In this document: piece after piece, positions 39,434-50,906 of the stretch
Layout of the letters: the number at the start of each line of letters is the position of its first letter
How positions within the stretch are numbered: position 1 is the first letter of the stretch
DNA from: Candidatus Poribacteria bacterium
Lineage (GTDB): Bacteria > Poribacteria > WGA-4E > PCPOR2b
Assembly (NCBI GenBank): GCA_965116925.1
Contig: OZ220744.1
Coordinates: forward strand, 1,312,001-1,376,000
DNA length: 64,000 nucleotides
Reading direction: 5' to 3'
Notes under the pieces: model-generated
The model's database searches: none
Told to the model about the DNA's origin: nothing
What the model saw: only the letters and a program-made list of their open reading frames with translations
Made by a program: the position numbers and the translations under genes

Positions 39434-40627
39434 TTATTCACCAATCTTATCTGTCAACGCTTCAATCCCGGGCAACCGTTTTCCTTCAAGAAATTCCAAC
39501 GATGCACCACCGCCGGTGGAGGTATGTGTTATCCGATCTGCGACACCCGCCTGATGCACCGCAGCAACACAGTCCCCGCCGCCGATGATGCTGACCGCTT
39601 CCGAATCTGCGACCTGTTTTGCAATCTCAAGAGTGCCCTTCGCAAACTGCTCAAACTCATACACACCCAACGGACCATTCCAGATAATCGTTTTCGCCGT
39701 ATCAACGATTTCACCAAATTTTGCGACAGTCTCTGTCCCAATGTCGAAACCGCGCCAGCCATCGGGGATGTTCTGACTGGAGGTGACTTGAAACTCAGTA
39801 TTCGGATCAAACTCTCTACCAATGATATGGTCCTGTGGAAGATGGACGGTCAGATTCCGATCCGACGCTTTTTGCAGAAGCATATTGGCTAAATTAAGTT
39901 TATCGAGTTCCACAATTGAATTCCCAACTGATACTCCTCTTGCTTTGAGAAAGGTATATGCCATGCCGCCGCCAATGATGAGCTGATCGACCTTTTCTAG
40001 CAGATTCTCAATCACGCCAATTTTATCCGAAATTTTCGCTCCCCCCAGGATCGCAACAAAGGGACGCTCCGGATCGTGAAGCACTTTGCTGAGATACTCA
40101 ATTTCCTTTTCCATCAATAAACCCGCAGCACACTGATCGAAATAATCCGTTACCCCTGCGGTTGAAGCGTGTGCGCGGTGTGCTGCGCCAAAAGCGTCAT
40201 TGACATAGAGGTCAGCGAGAGATGCCAGTTTTTCTGCAAATTCCGGATCATTTTTCGTTTCTTCTTCGTAGAAGCGGATGTTTTCGAGCAGCAACACATC
40301 ACCCGCACGGAGTTCGGAAACCACCCCTTCAACCTCTACCCCAATGCAATCAACGACATGCTTGACCCGTTGACCCAACAGTTTACTGAGTGCTACCGCG
40401 AGCGATTCTGTGGAAAGATTAGGATCGAAACCTTTGGGGCGTCCGAGATGCGTGACCAAGATAATTTTTGCACCGCCCCGGATAAGCTCCAAAATCGTCG
40501 GTAGGGCTGCACGGATGCGTGTATTATCGGCGATGTGTTTCCCATCCATCGGTACATTGAAATCGACGCGCACTAAGACCTGCTTACCTCCAACATCTAA
40601 ATCGCGTAGTCCGAGTTTATCTGTCAT
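39434..40627 (-). CDS. pgk: Phosphoglycerate kinase
   Basis: [38 protein letters not shown]. Confidence 0.98.
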   Translation of the reverse strand: MTDKLGLRDLDVGGKQVLVRVDFNVPMDGKHIADNTRIRAALPTILELIRGGAKIILVTHLGRPKGFDPNLSTESLAVALSKLLGQRVKHVVDCIGVEVEGVVSELRAGDVLLLENIRFYEEETKNDPEFAEKLASLADLYVNDAFGAAHRAHASTAGVTDYFDQCAAGLLMEKEIEYLSKVLHDPERPFVAILGGAKISDKIGVIENLLEKVDQLIIGGGMAYTFLKARGVSVGNSIVELDKLNLANMLLQKASDRNLTVHLPQDHIIGREFDPNTEFQVTSSQNIPDGWRGFDIGTETVAKFGEIVDTAKTIIWNGPLGVYEFEQFAKGTLEIAKQVADSEAVSIIGGGDCVAAVHQAGVADRITHTSTGGGASLEFLEGKRLPGIEALTDKIGE

Positions 40628-40654
40628 AGATCCTTCCATCAAAAACTGATGGGT

Positions 40655-41827
40655 TTATTGTACCACCGCTTGCACCGCTTTCTGCGCTGCCTCCGCAAGC
40701 CCATCAGCAGCAATCAGATTCAAACCGGAATCAGCGAGAATCTGCTTCCCTAGCTCCACATTCGTCCCTTCCAAGCGTACAACCAACGGAACTGTCAAAT
40801 CCACCTGTTTAATTGCCTCAATAATCCCGTTCGCAATTACATCGCACTGCATGATACCACCGAAGATGTTAACAAGAACTGCCTGCACCTTTTCGTCTGC
40901 GAGGATGAGACGGAAAGCGTGGGTAACGGTTTCTGTCGTCGCGCCCCCACCGACATCAAGAAAATTTGCAGGCTCGCCGCCGTGCAGCTGGATGAGATCC
41001 ATCGTCGCCATCGCCAGTCCCGCTCCGTTGACCATACATCCGATATTTCCGTCAAGACTGATATAGCTCAAGCCCGATTCTCCCGCTTCAAGCTCGCTGG
41101 CATCCTCTTCGTGCGGATCTCGCATTGCGCCGATTTCTGCGTGCTGCCAAAGCGCGTTGTCATCGAAGTTGAGTTTGGCATCGAGAGCAACGATATCCTG
41201 TCCATCATCGGTTTTCGTGATAGCGAGTGGGTTAATCTCGGCAAGAGAGCAATCGGAATCGACAAAGGCGTTATACAAACCGATCATCAAATCGGCAGCC
41301 TTGTTGACCAATTCGCGGGGGATGTTCAAGTCGTAGGCAAGTTTCCGCGCCTGAAAGGGAGGCAATCCAATCGCTGGATCGATGGTTTGCTGGAGAATCT
41401 TTTCGGGACGGGTCGCAGCGACCTCTTCTATGTCCACCCCACCCTCCTCACTACCCATTATGACGAGCCGTGAGTCAGTGCGATCAACCACCATGCCGAG
41501 GTAAAGCTCTCTCTCGATATCGCTAGCTTCAGCAACCAACACCTTGCGAACCAGTTTCCCTTCCGGTCCCGTTTGGGGAGTAACTAGCTGCATACCGAGG
41601 ATTGCGTCAGCATGTTCTTTAACCTCTTCGGGGCTTTTCGCCAGTTTAACGCCACCACCTTTGCCCCGTCCGCCCGCATGGATTTGCGCTTTGACGATAT
41701 ACAGGGGGCAATCCAGTTCGCGAGCGATCGCTTCCGCTTCATCGGCGGTTGATGCTACCTCACCGCGTTGAACATTCACCCCGTGCGCTTCTAAAATCTG
41801 TTTTGCTTGATATTCGTGTACGTTCAC
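40655..41827 (-). CDS. sucC: Succinyl-CoA ligase beta subunit (or a related ADP-forming CoA ligase)
   Basis: [40 protein letters not shown]. Confidence 0.93.
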   Translation of the reverse strand: MNVHEYQAKQILEAHGVNVQRGEVASTADEAEAIARELDCPLYIVKAQIHAGGRGKGGGVKLAKSPEEVKEHADAILGMQLVTPQTGPEGKLVRKVLVAEASDIERELYLGMVVDRTDSRLVIMGSEEGGVDIEEVAATRPEKILQQTIDPAIGLPPFQARKLAYDLNIPRELVNKAADLMIGLYNAFVDSDCSLAEINPLAITKTDDGQDIVALDAKLNFDDNALWQHAEIGAMRDPHEEDASELEAGESGLSYISLDGNIGCMVNGAGLAMATMDLIQLHGGEPANFLDVGGGATTETVTHAFRLILADEKVQAVLVNIFGGIMQCDVIANGIIEAIKQVDLTVPLVVRLEGTNVELGKQILADSGLNLIAADGLAEAAQKAVQAVVQ

Positions 41828-41862
41828 TTATCTTCTCCGAGGTAATAGTTATTCAAGTCTAA

Positions 41863-41960
41863 CGCTCATGTTAATCAACTTACGCAGCTAACCGTAGGCG
41901 GGGCATCTTGTCCCGCCCTCAACGCGTTCACTGTAATTGCACTCCGTTTTTACATGAGCC
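41863..41960. mobile_element. MITE family A
   Basis: CGCTCATG...CATGAGCC; flanks AAGTCTAA/AAGTCAAA (7/8); GTAG hairpin cargo. Confidence 0.85.
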
Positions 41961-41982
41961 AAGTCAAAAAGAAATGTGATTT

Positions 41983-42708
41983 TTACGCATCGCGTCTTAA
42001 ATGCGATACATGCTTGCCCTGTGGCGGTTCAAAATCTTTAGCATGTTCGCCAATATAGTGACAGATGAAACTCCGTCGCCAGCGATCGTGCGTTTCGTTC
42101 ATGTAAGAACCGTGAATGGTTTTACCGTCGAAAAATAGGGCGTCCCCCGGCTCCATATCAACGTAAAACTCTTCAACACCTTTCGGCATCACCGACTGCA
42201 CGTCGGTGAACGAAATTGCCGTATTCGCAGCCTCTACCTGTAAAAGTCCACGTTTATGTGAACCGGGAACAACTACCATCTGCCCAACAGATTTGTCCGA
42301 TTTGTCCAATGCAATCCACACACCAATCAACGGTTCAGTGGTGATGTACTGCTCATCCTGATGGAGTGCCTGCCCTCTGCCTCCCGGGGGCTTAAAATAC
42401 AGCATTGTCTGACGAAGCACAGGCTTATCATCGATTAGTTGTTCGACAAATTCCAGCATCGTCGCCTGCATTGCCCATTCTCCGGTCAATGTATCCCAAT
42501 TGTGCATATTAATCATTCGAGGATACTGATGATTTGGATCCTCTGGGTGATCCGTTGTGCCCCCACTGTCTCCTGATTTTGAACCTTCAGCGCGTCGTTT
42601 CATGTAGTGCTGGATCATCCGCTGTGCTGTCCCCGTATCAAAAAGCCCCGGCACCACAAGGAAACCAGCCTCTTTATATTGATGAATCTGTGTATCGCTT
42701 AAACGCAT
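41983..42708 (-). CDS. Phytanoyl-CoA dioxygenase (PhyH) family Fe/2OG enzyme
   Basis: KPPG..HQD, WIALD, PGSH, HGS..N..R. Confidence 0.9.
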   Translation of the reverse strand: MRLSDTQIHQYKEAGFLVVPGLFDTGTAQRMIQHYMKRRAEGSKSGDSGGTTDHPEDPNHQYPRMINMHNWDTLTGEWAMQATMLEFVEQLIDDKPVLRQTMLYFKPPGGRGQALHQDEQYITTEPLIGVWIALDKSDKSVGQMVVVPGSHKRGLLQVEAANTAISFTDVQSVMPKGVEEFYVDMEPGDALFFDGKTIHGSYMNETHDRWRRSFICHYIGEHAKDFEPPQGKHVSHLRRDA

Positions 42709-42746
42709 CGTTGTATCTCCTTAGTTCATGTATTACGTTTCACACT

Positions 42747-43562
42747 TTAAGCCACAAACAGCGGCTTCAGATATGCTATCGACTCCTCCGCAACCCGCTG
42801 GACCTCAGCAAGAGGCGTATTCGTCCCACCATGTGTGCCGACAATTTCCAGTGTCACATAAGGTACATGGTTGATTGTGTCCATGACACCGGCAAGCGTG
42901 GGAAGATCGATACCGCCTTTGCCGGGGATCTGTGTCTCAACAGGACCTATCGGTCCCTCACGGCTCTCGCGATTGTCACGGATACGCAGCGTTGCGATGT
43001 AATCTTTCAATTGCTGAAGTGATTCGGTCGGATCTTCAGCGGCTGTTGTCCGCCAAATGTGACTCGCATCGAAATTGATTCCCACCCACTCCCGATCTAC
43101 CTCCTGCATAAAACGTAACGCCGTTTCGGTTGAATACACCGCATTATTGACATGCGGCTTCAAGCTTAGTTTAATTCCAGCCTGCGAAGTGCGGGCAGCA
43201 GTCGCATCAACTAGCTCAACTACCTGTTTGAAACTCTTTTCATCATCGGACTTCCCACCTGCTCCCTCGGCGATTGTAGGTGCACCGACCTGTTGCGCGG
43301 CTTCTATCACCGCGTCAAATTCAAGGCTATCTAACCCAATTCCACCGGTCCCTGCGATTGACTCAATTACCAAACCGTGCGAAGCAACTTGCGCTTTAAT
43401 CCCCTCATAGTAAGACGCCGGTTTGCCAATTTCCAGATGGGGTGCCATCCCGGGACGAGCACAGAGCTCAATCGCCTTATATCCAGCTTTTGAAATACCT
43501 TCGAGTGTTTGCTCTAAACTAAACCCGCCATATAAAATTGTGCTGCATCCCAAATTTTTCAT
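42747..43562 (-). CDS. Sugar phosphate isomerase/epimerase (AP endonuclease 2 TIM barrel)
   Basis: AGYKAIEL, NFDASH, PGKGGID, TLE. Confidence 0.8.
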   Translation of the reverse strand: MKNLGCSTILYGGFSLEQTLEGISKAGYKAIELCARPGMAPHLEIGKPASYYEGIKAQVASHGLVIESIAGTGGIGLDSLEFDAVIEAAQQVGAPTIAEGAGGKSDDEKSFKQVVELVDATAARTSQAGIKLSLKPHVNNAVYSTETALRFMQEVDREWVGINFDASHIWRTTAAEDPTESLQQLKDYIATLRIRDNRESREGPIGPVETQIPGKGGIDLPTLAGVMDTINHVPYVTLEIVGTHGGTNTPLAEVQRVAEESIAYLKPLFVA

Positions 43563-43672
43563 ACACACTTCCTCAAGTCAGATGTGTTATTCAGATTAAG
43601 AATATGTTATACTTTACCTTAACTTTGCCAGATGGGTCAAGTGAAAATCCCGCTGGAACGACAAATTTCCGA

Positions 43673-43701
43673 TTGACAATTTCTCTGAAAGATGGTATCT
43701 T
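43673..43701 (+). promoter_or_regulatory. Sigma70-type promoter
   Basis: TTGACA-17 bp-TATCTT with a TG extension. Confidence 0.55.
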
Positions 43702-43763
43702 GAATCCGATGAGCTTACAATCTTACCATTGGTGGATGGACTTGAGCCAGAAAGGAATTTGCC

Positions 43764-44471
43764 ATGCCTGTCGCTGATCACTTCAGTCCCAAGATCAGGG
43801 CAATCAGTCGGTTCCATTCCTTTCATAATGCTTGGGCAACTCACATTGCAGGCGATTTGAATGCCCTGTTACCAGAAAATTTCATCGCAGAACCGAGCGT
43901 CCAGATCGGTAGTCTGATTGACATTGATGTACAAGCAAGTGAGTTGCTGGCTGAAAGCGAAAACCGACTTATTAGTCAATACCAAGCTCCACCTGCAACG
44001 GCGAGTCTGCCAGCATCGTTTCCTGACGAAACGGAGGTTTACATCGTAGATCTTGATGCTGCCAGACAAACTGTCGGCGTGATTGAGATTGTTAGTCCAG
44101 CTAATAAGGACAGTCCACAGCACCAAGATACCTTTATTGCTAAATGCTTGAACTTGATTTCGCAAGGGATTTCTCTAATTATTGTGGACATCGTTACAGT
44201 TCGGTTGTTCAATTTCCACAATGAACTGATGTGGCGGTTGGAATCCAAAGATAGTCAAATACCGGAAACTGAGGATGCTCCACTCTACTGTTCCGCATAT
44301 CGTTATACTTTTAATCAGGAGGATCCGTGTGTTGAATGTTGGGCACACCCACTCTCAGTTGGATCCAATCTACCTGAACTGCCGTTATTTATCCGTTCGG
44401 AAATTGCTGTGCCTGTCAGGTTAGAGCAAACGTATATAGAAACGTGTCAGAAGTTAAGAATTAACGTTTAA
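43764..44471 (+). CDS. DUF4058-like PD-(D/E)XK protein
   Basis: FHNAW, VIEIVSPANK, LPELPL..V.LEQTY. Confidence 0.75.
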   Translation: MPVADHFSPKIRAISRFHSFHNAWATHIAGDLNALLPENFIAEPSVQIGSLIDIDVQASELLAESENRLISQYQAPPATASLPASFPDETEVYIVDLDAARQTVGVIEIVSPANKDSPQHQDTFIAKCLNLISQGISLIIVDIVTVRLFNFHNELMWRLESKDSQIPETEDAPLYCSAYRYTFNQEDPCVECWAHPLSVGSNLPELPLFIRSEIAVPVRLEQTYIETCQKLRINV

Positions 44472-44511
44472 CTGACAATTTATCAATTAATATCAATGGA
44501 GGTTAATATCA

Positions 44512-45930
44512 ATGAAAATGCACATCGGCGGCGAATGGGTTGACAAGCCGCAGAAAATTGAAGTTTTGAACCCTTATGATGGTTCTGTTGTTGACACCAT
44601 TCCCAGAGGGGATCACGATGATGTCGAAACCGCGCTCAAGACCGCAGAACGCGGTGCCGAGATTATGGCGAAAATGACCGGTTACGAGCGTTATGAGATT
44701 ATTCACAAGGTTTCGGAGATGATGGCAGAGCGTACTGAGGAACTCGCTCGAATCATCACGTTGGAGGAAGGCAAGATCCTTGCGGAGGCAACGATGGAAG
44801 CGGGGCGTGCAGCCGAGATTATCGCGCTTTCTGCGGAGGAAGCCAAGCGGCTTTACGGTGAGGTCATCCCGCTTGAAGGGGCCCCTGGTGCTAAAGGAAA
44901 ATTAGGCTTTACGGTACGAGTTCCTTGTGGCATTGTCGTTGGGATTAGCCCGTTTAACTTCCCGCTGCACCTCGTTTGTCACAAAGTGGGGCCCGCACTC
45001 GCGGCAGGAAACGCGATTATTGTTAAACCCGCTACAGATACACCGCTATCGGCACTGAAGCTCGTTGAGCTCTTCCTTGAGGCGGGAACGCCGCCGGAAG
45101 CGATCCAATGCTTGACCGGATCGGGCAGCGTGATTGGTGATGGCCTTTGTGCCGATCGGCGCGTCCGGAAAATTACCTTCACCGGCAGCCGTGATATTGG
45201 GGAGCGTATCTGCCATACCGCTGGGCTCAAGCGTGTAACGATGGAACTCGGCTCGAACTCCCCACTAATCGTCATGCCAGACGCAGATCCAGAAAAGGTC
45301 GCAGCCGCTGCGGCAGCTTCTGGCTACTCTAACGCGGGGCAGGTCTGTATCTCAACACAAAGGGTCATTGCCCACGAGGGTATCTACGGTGATTTTCTCG
45401 ATGCTTTCAAATCAACCGTTGAAGGTATCTCGACAGGTGATCCGCTCAATGAACCGACCAAGATGGGACCGATGATTCGCGAAGACGATGCCATCCGTGT
45501 TAGCGAGTGGGTTGATGAAGCGGTCAGTGATGGTGCTGAACTCCTCACCGGTGGCGAAAGAAATGGGCAGATCTACGCCCCAACGCTTGTCGCCAACGTC
45601 AAGCCGGAGATGAAAATCTCATGCGATGAAATCTTTGGTCCTGTCGTCGGTGTGACGAAGGTTTCAAACATTGACGATGCCATTGCCCTCGCCAACGACA
45701 CCAACTACGGATTGAGCGCAGCAATCTTCACCGAAAACATCGATTGGGCGATGCGATTCGTGCGTGAAGTTGACTCCGGCAACCTAATGGTGAACTGGGG
45801 AACGCAGTGGCGAGCAGACCTCATGCCCTATGGTGGTGTGAAGGAGAGCGGCATGGGCAAAGAGGGGCCAAAGTACGCTGTGCAGGAGATGACCGAGACG
45901 AAGATGGCGATTTTCCATCTAAGTGAGTAA
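44512..45930 (+). CDS. Aldehyde dehydrogenase
   Basis: PFNFP, FTGS, MELGSN, GQVCIS, EIFGP, PYGGVKESG. Confidence 0.95.
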   Translation: MKMHIGGEWVDKPQKIEVLNPYDGSVVDTIPRGDHDDVETALKTAERGAEIMAKMTGYERYEIIHKVSEMMAERTEELARIITLEEGKILAEATMEAGRAAEIIALSAEEAKRLYGEVIPLEGAPGAKGKLGFTVRVPCGIVVGISPFNFPLHLVCHKVGPALAAGNAIIVKPATDTPLSALKLVELFLEAGTPPEAIQCLTGSGSVIGDGLCADRRVRKITFTGSRDIGERICHTAGLKRVTMELGSNSPLIVMPDADPEKVAAAAAASGYSNAGQVCISTQRVIAHEGIYGDFLDAFKSTVEGISTGDPLNEPTKMGPMIREDDAIRVSEWVDEAVSDGAELLTGGERNGQIYAPTLVANVKPEMKISCDEIFGPVVGVTKVSNIDDAIALANDTNYGLSAAIFTENIDWAMRFVREVDSGNLMVNWGTQWRADLMPYGGVKESGMGKEGPKYAVQEMTETKMAIFHLSE

Positions 45931-46203
45931 GTCGTGAAACGCGTCATACTTCTTCTGATGTATTAGCACAGTGCGGCAGGAATGTGTCGAAAGGCAACCC
46001 CGCCGTTAACTGCAATAACCTTGTCTGCAAATCCGATTTACTAACCGTATTTGCCGATTAACAACTGAAGACTTGCATTTTTATCTTCTTTCTTGGTCGG
46101 TGCTCTGCTTTATAAGCGTTCACCGACCTCCCCCATTAAACCAGCGTTTGCTCCCCGCATTTTTCTTCGTTCCTTCACAAGAACTCAGATAAGATTCCTC
46201 GGA

Positions 46204-48762
46204 ATGAATAGTCCCCTTGACAATCTTCGCCAAACAATCGAAACCATTCTACGCTGCAACCTTTCTGAAGCAATCGGCATTTCAGATAAAGCGGAAGCTG
46301 AGGAACGAGTCCGGCAATTCCTTCACGCTGTCTCAGATCGAATCGGCAACCAATCCAATCTGGTTTACAAGAATTCAGAGCAGCTTTCCCGCCAGATCGA
46401 TCCACAGTGGGTTATCCTCGCAGCCGGCAAAGGAACCCGCATTGATCCTTCTAGCCGTCTGAACAAAAACTTAGACCTGTGGTTCGGTGAGCATAATACC
46501 CTGCAACTGTCCCGAAGCTACCTGCCGGGGAGCCGCCCGCATATCATCGTCATCAACTCCCAAATGGCGAAGCGCGTGGTGAAAACAGATGTTCCTTCAA
46601 GTGGTGTCCTCCCCACCTCTGTACTCAATCCAGATGAAACAGATCGACTGTTCGGGCCAAACGTCGTGCTGTGTGTACAACCGGAGCATCCTTACGGCAC
46701 AGGTGCCGCGCTACAAGTTGCGTTGTCAGCGATCACCGAATCCGATGCAGAATGTATCGGTGTTGCCTTCGGCGATGAGCCATTCCTAAATCAAGCCATT
46801 TTCGTGGGTACATTGCTGTCACACTTTACCGTTGGTGCAGATGTTACCCTTTGCGGTAAAATTCCAGAAACCGTGATCGACAAAGGAGGATTGTTCTTCG
46901 ACAGCGCGGAAAAATTCAGCGGCACAAAAGAGTGGTACGACATGACCAACGCGGAAAAAGAAGCGATGTGGCATCGGTTGGAGAGCGGAGAAGCTTACAC
47001 TAACACCGGCATCACCCTAATCCACCGCGATGCAGTGGTCAACCGGATAAATCGATTGGAATCCCACGGAGACAATTCTGAACTCCATCATGTTGATCTT
47101 ATCCGCCACTGCTACGAAGATGGTTTGAAAACCAACGCCTACATCCATCGGGACGAAATTATCTCTGGCATTAACCGTTGGTCAAACGTCCTCGCCGGTG
47201 AAGAATACCTGTTTGCAGAGACCAAGAAGAAACTGGTACAGAAAGGAGTTCGAGTCGATCCGGCGGCACAAATCACGCTAGCGAATGACGATATCGAAAT
47301 TGGTCACGGCTGCTACTTTCTGGGACGTATTCATCTTGGCGATGGGGTACAGATTGGGAACTACTGTCGGCTCGAAAATGTTGCGTTGAGAGGAAATACC
47401 ACCGTTGGCGACCGCGTTGGCTTAAAAGACGTGACTGCAATGGACACGGTCTTTGAGTCAAACTCACTTTTGACCGAAATCGCCGCACCGATTACTGGCT
47501 TGGCTGTCGGCAGTTATATCGAAGAAAGCCAATTCGACTGTGTAAAAGTTGGAGGTTCGACGAACCTCAAGTCCGTTGCTGCGCGGGCAATAATGATTCC
47601 AGCAGAAACTTCCATAAGGGATACGCAGCTAGGCGTCCCCGCTAGATCTGCCCATCATGCAACACACGACATACAATCTGTTTCAAGCCAAATCTCTCAG
47701 ACCGTCCTTGATCGGCTGGCTTTACCCGACTATAAAGCCGGCGTATTCACTTTCGGCGAAAAGCGTGGTTTGCCAGACTGGGAAAACCTCCGCCAGCATG
47801 TGAGTTCGCATTCGGAACGTGAACTGATTGAACGTGCTACCCACAATCCAACATTGCGTCAAGCAGCAATAAACGCTATTAGAGAATTACTAGAGTTACG
47901 CCGATCTGACGATATACATGCTATTGATGATTTAACGCCCGAGGAACTTTGGGGGAGCATCTTCCAGATTGTTAGGCTCTGCACAGGGAACCCCGATCCA
48001 TATCGTAGAGACAAACTCAATGCTAGGCAAACAGCAATTAACCTACTCAGCCAATTTTTAGATTGCGATTGGCTGGATCGGTTGAAGCTGGTCATCGCTG
48101 CCAATATCATTGATTACAGCAGTTCAAGGGTTGTGGCGAAACTTCGGGATAATTCAGATTATTTCAATCTTGTATTCAGAGAGGCGGTTCATGCCTCCCT
48201 GGCAATTGATTGCTTTGACCAATTTCGGTCGGCAGTTATCGAAGGTGAACCGAAAAGGCTTCTCTGGCTTATTGATAACGATGGTGAGTCGGTCTTTGAT
48301 CTATGGCTTATAGAAGTGCTCGCCGAGCGTAATCATCAGATTACGGTTGTTGGCAAATCGGAACCTGCAACTAATGATGCAACACTCGATGATCTACAGG
48401 AACTCGCTACGCAGCCACATTTCCAAAAACTTAGAGAGCGGATGGCAGTTGGCGATGTGCGTTTAATCTCATCAGGCTCAAACACCGTTGGGACCAATCT
48501 CTACCAAGGGACAGGAGAATTTGCGAATGCACTCCTTGATGCGGATCTCGTGGTTTCAAAGGGACAGGGAAATCTCTTTACGACGTTGGGATTAAAAAAG
48601 GATACATTCTACCTGCTGCTTTCCAAAGGGGTGACGGCGGAACGTTTGACCGGGGTTGTTCCCAATCAGAATCGGGTGATTGATGGATTGATTTTGGCGT
48701 ATGTGCCGGGCGGCACGCGGCTGGATCGGACGCTCAAAGAATTTTGTACGATAGATGACTAA
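46204..48762 (+). CDS. Fusion: GlmU-like nucleotidyltransferase, short left-handed beta-helix, DUF89/ARMT1-like phosphatase
   Basis: LAAGKGTR, GTGAA, GDEP, NTG, GIN; hexapeptide-like repeats; DPY..K, NIIDY, DNDGE..FD, NDAT, SKGQGN. Confidence 0.8.
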   Translation: MNSPLDNLRQTIETILRCNLSEAIGISDKAEAEERVRQFLHAVSDRIGNQSNLVYKNSEQLSRQIDPQWVILAAGKGTRIDPSSRLNKNLDLWFGEHNTLQLSRSYLPGSRPHIIVINSQMAKRVVKTDVPSSGVLPTSVLNPDETDRLFGPNVVLCVQPEHPYGTGAALQVALSAITESDAECIGVAFGDEPFLNQAIFVGTLLSHFTVGADVTLCGKIPETVIDKGGLFFDSAEKFSGTKEWYDMTNAEKEAMWHRLESGEAYTNTGITLIHRDAVVNRINRLESHGDNSELHHVDLIRHCYEDGLKTNAYIHRDEIISGINRWSNVLAGEEYLFAETKKKLVQKGVRVDPAAQITLANDDIEIGHGCYFLGRIHLGDGVQIGNYCRLENVALRGNTTVGDRVGLKDVTAMDTVFESNSLLTEIAAPITGLAVGSYIEESQFDCVKVGGSTNLKSVAARAIMIPAETSIRDTQLGVPARSAHHATHDIQSVSSQISQTVLDRLALPDYKAGVFTFGEKRGLPDWENLRQHVSSHSERELIERATHNPTLRQAAINAIRELLELRRSDDIHAIDDLTPEELWGSIFQIVRLCTGNPDPYRRDKLNARQTAINLLSQFLDCDWLDRLKLVIAANIIDYSSSRVVAKLRDNSDYFNLVFREAVHASLAIDCFDQFRSAVIEGEPKRLLWLIDNDGESVFDLWLIEVLAERNHQITVVGKSEPATNDATLDDLQELATQPHFQKLRERMAVGDVRLISSGSNTVGTNLYQGTGEFANALLDADLVVSKGQGNLFTTLGLKKDTFYLLLSKGVTAERLTGVVPNQNRVIDGLILAYVPGGTRLDRTLKEFCTIDD

Positions 48763-48847
48763 GCCCGTAGGTTGGGTTGAACGGTTAAGGGCAAATTTCT
48801 ATCAAGTACACAGAGAGGCTTGGTCGTTCAACAACACCTGTTTTTGA

Positions 48848-48875
48848 TTGACAACATCATATTTTTGTTTATAAT
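48848..48875 (+). promoter_or_regulatory. Sigma70-type promoter for acs
   Basis: TTGACA-16 bp-TATAAT. Confidence 0.7.
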
Positions 48876-48946
48876 AAAGGCAATCTGCAAACATCTTAAA
48901 ACTTCTGCCAGCACATTGGCTTGTTATCAACTCCTAGGAGGGCGCT

Positions 48947-50890
48947 ATGGCAACTAAAATATTTCCACCAGAAAACACAAATTATCCAATCTCCAATGCG
49001 CATATAAGCAGCATGGAGCAATATCAAGAGATCTATGATGAATCAGTGGCGGATCCAGAGGGTTTCTGGGAGAATGTCGCTGAACGAATTACGTGGTATC
49101 AGAAGTGGGACACCGTCCGAGAGTATGACTTTGTGAACGCCAACATCAAATGGTTCGATGGCGGAAAGCTGAACGCTTGCTATAATTGTCTCGATCGACA
49201 TGTAGAAGCAGGGCACGGCGATGCGACCGCAATCATCTGGGAAGGCAACAGTCCCGATGAGGATAAAACCTTTACTTACAGCGAGTTGTTGGTGCAGGTC
49301 AAACGCTTTGCTAACGTTCTCAAAGCGCAAGGTGTCCGTAAGGGCGACCGTGTCTGTATCTATCTCCAGATGGTGCCAGAACTGACAATTGCCATGTTAG
49401 CATGTGCGCGTATTGGTGCTGTCCATTCCGTTGTATTCGGTGCATTTTCAGCTGATTCTCTGCGAGATCGTATCAATGACTCCCAGTGCAAGTTGTTGAT
49501 TACTCAGGACACCGCATTTCGTGGAGACCGCAGCGGCATCCCGATGAAAGCAAACGGCGATGCAGCGGTGGTGGAATGCCCCTCGATTACAGGGGTTATC
49601 GTTGTCCGTCGCACCGGCGATCCTGTCGATTTTGATGAATCACGCGATGTATGGTGGCACGAAGCGATGGCAACCGCCGACGATGAATGCCCGCCTGAAG
49701 AGATGGACGCCGAAGATCCGCTGTTTATTTTGTATACCTCTGGTTCAACAGGGCAGCCAAAAGGTGTACTTCACACAACCGGCGGTTATCTCGTTTATAC
49801 ATCGTTCACCCACGAGATGGTCTTCGACTATCACGAAGGGGACGTTTACTTCTGTGCGGCTGACATCGGTTGGATCACAGGACATTCTTACATTGTGTAC
49901 GGGCCCCTTTCAAACCGAGCGATTACCCTCATGTTTGAAAGTATCCCAACATATCCTGATTTCGGGCGTTACTGGCAGGTGATCGACAAACACCAAGTCA
50001 ATCTCTTCTACACTGCGCCAACCGCCTTGCGCGCCTTGATGAAAGAGGGAAATGACTGGGTTACGCAACATAGCCGGTCCACCTTGAGACTACTTGGAAC
50101 TGTCGGTGAACCGATTAAAGAACCTGAATGGCTTTGGTATTACAACGTTGTCGGAGATGGCAGATGTCCAATTGTCGATACATGGTGGCAGACAGAGACT
50201 GGCGGCATCTTGATGACGCCGTTGCCGGGAGCGACACCACTTAAACCCGGTTCCGCGACCTTGCCCTTCTTCGGAATTGAACCTATCATTCTAGATGAAG
50301 AAGGAAAAGAGGTTGAGGGGAATCCGGCACGCGGTTACCTGTGTATGAAAACTGCGTGGCCCGGCGTGATGCGCACCGTTTACGGGAACCATGAACGCTT
50401 CCGCGAAACCTATTTCGATCGATTCCCCGGCTACTACATGACCGGCGATGGTACATTGCGCGACGAAGATGGCTATTACTGGATCACCGGGCGTGTTGAC
50501 GATGTGTTGAATATCTCCGGACACCGCTTGGGTACCGCCGAAGTCGAAGGGGCCATCGGGCAGCACGAAACGGTCGCTGAAGCAGCCGTTGTCGGCTACC
50601 CACACGAGATCAAGGGACAGGGCATCTACGCGTATGTTACGCTGATGAGCGGTGTATCTCCTTCAGATGACATCGAGACGGGCATCAAGGGCGTGGTACG
50701 CCAGCATATCGGTCCCCATGCGACACCCGACAAGATTCAGTTTGCACCTGCACTCCCCAAAACCCGCTCCGGCAAAATTATGCGGCGCATCCTTCGGAAA
50801 ATCGCTGAAGGCGAAATTGATGATCTCGGAGATACCTCAACGCTTGCCGAGCCAGCGGTTGTCGATTCGCTCGTCGAAGGGCGGAAGTAG
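48947..50890 (+). CDS. acs: Acetyl-CoA synthetase
   Basis: [38 protein letters not shown]. Confidence 0.97.
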   Translation: MATKIFPPENTNYPISNAHISSMEQYQEIYDESVADPEGFWENVAERITWYQKWDTVREYDFVNANIKWFDGGKLNACYNCLDRHVEAGHGDATAIIWEGNSPDEDKTFTYSELLVQVKRFANVLKAQGVRKGDRVCIYLQMVPELTIAMLACARIGAVHSVVFGAFSADSLRDRINDSQCKLLITQDTAFRGDRSGIPMKANGDAAVVECPSITGVIVVRRTGDPVDFDESRDVWWHEAMATADDECPPEEMDAEDPLFILYTSGSTGQPKGVLHTTGGYLVYTSFTHEMVFDYHEGDVYFCAADIGWITGHSYIVYGPLSNRAITLMFESIPTYPDFGRYWQVIDKHQVNLFYTAPTALRALMKEGNDWVTQHSRSTLRLLGTVGEPIKEPEWLWYYNVVGDGRCPIVDTWWQTETGGILMTPLPGATPLKPGSATLPFFGIEPIILDEEGKEVEGNPARGYLCMKTAWPGVMRTVYGNHERFRETYFDRFPGYYMTGDGTLRDEDGYYWITGRVDDVLNISGHRLGTAEVEGAIGQHETVAEAAVVGYPHEIKGQGIYAYVTLMSGVSPSDDIETGIKGVVRQHIGPHATPDKIQFAPALPKTRSGKIMRRILRKIAEGEIDDLGDTSTLAEPAVVDSLVEGRK

Positions 50891-50906
50891 CAAGAAGAGT
50901 TATTGA

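Noticed and set aside
39203..39892. 229-aa plus-strand ORF, and similar long antisense ORFs at 5386, 40919, 53462 and 55796
   Set aside because: Shadow frames opposite well-supported genes
45961..46080. Possible riboswitch (GAAA-capped hairpin) upstream of the GlmU-like fusion
   Set aside because: I could not match the conserved core of any riboswitch class by eye; a Rfam scan would be needed
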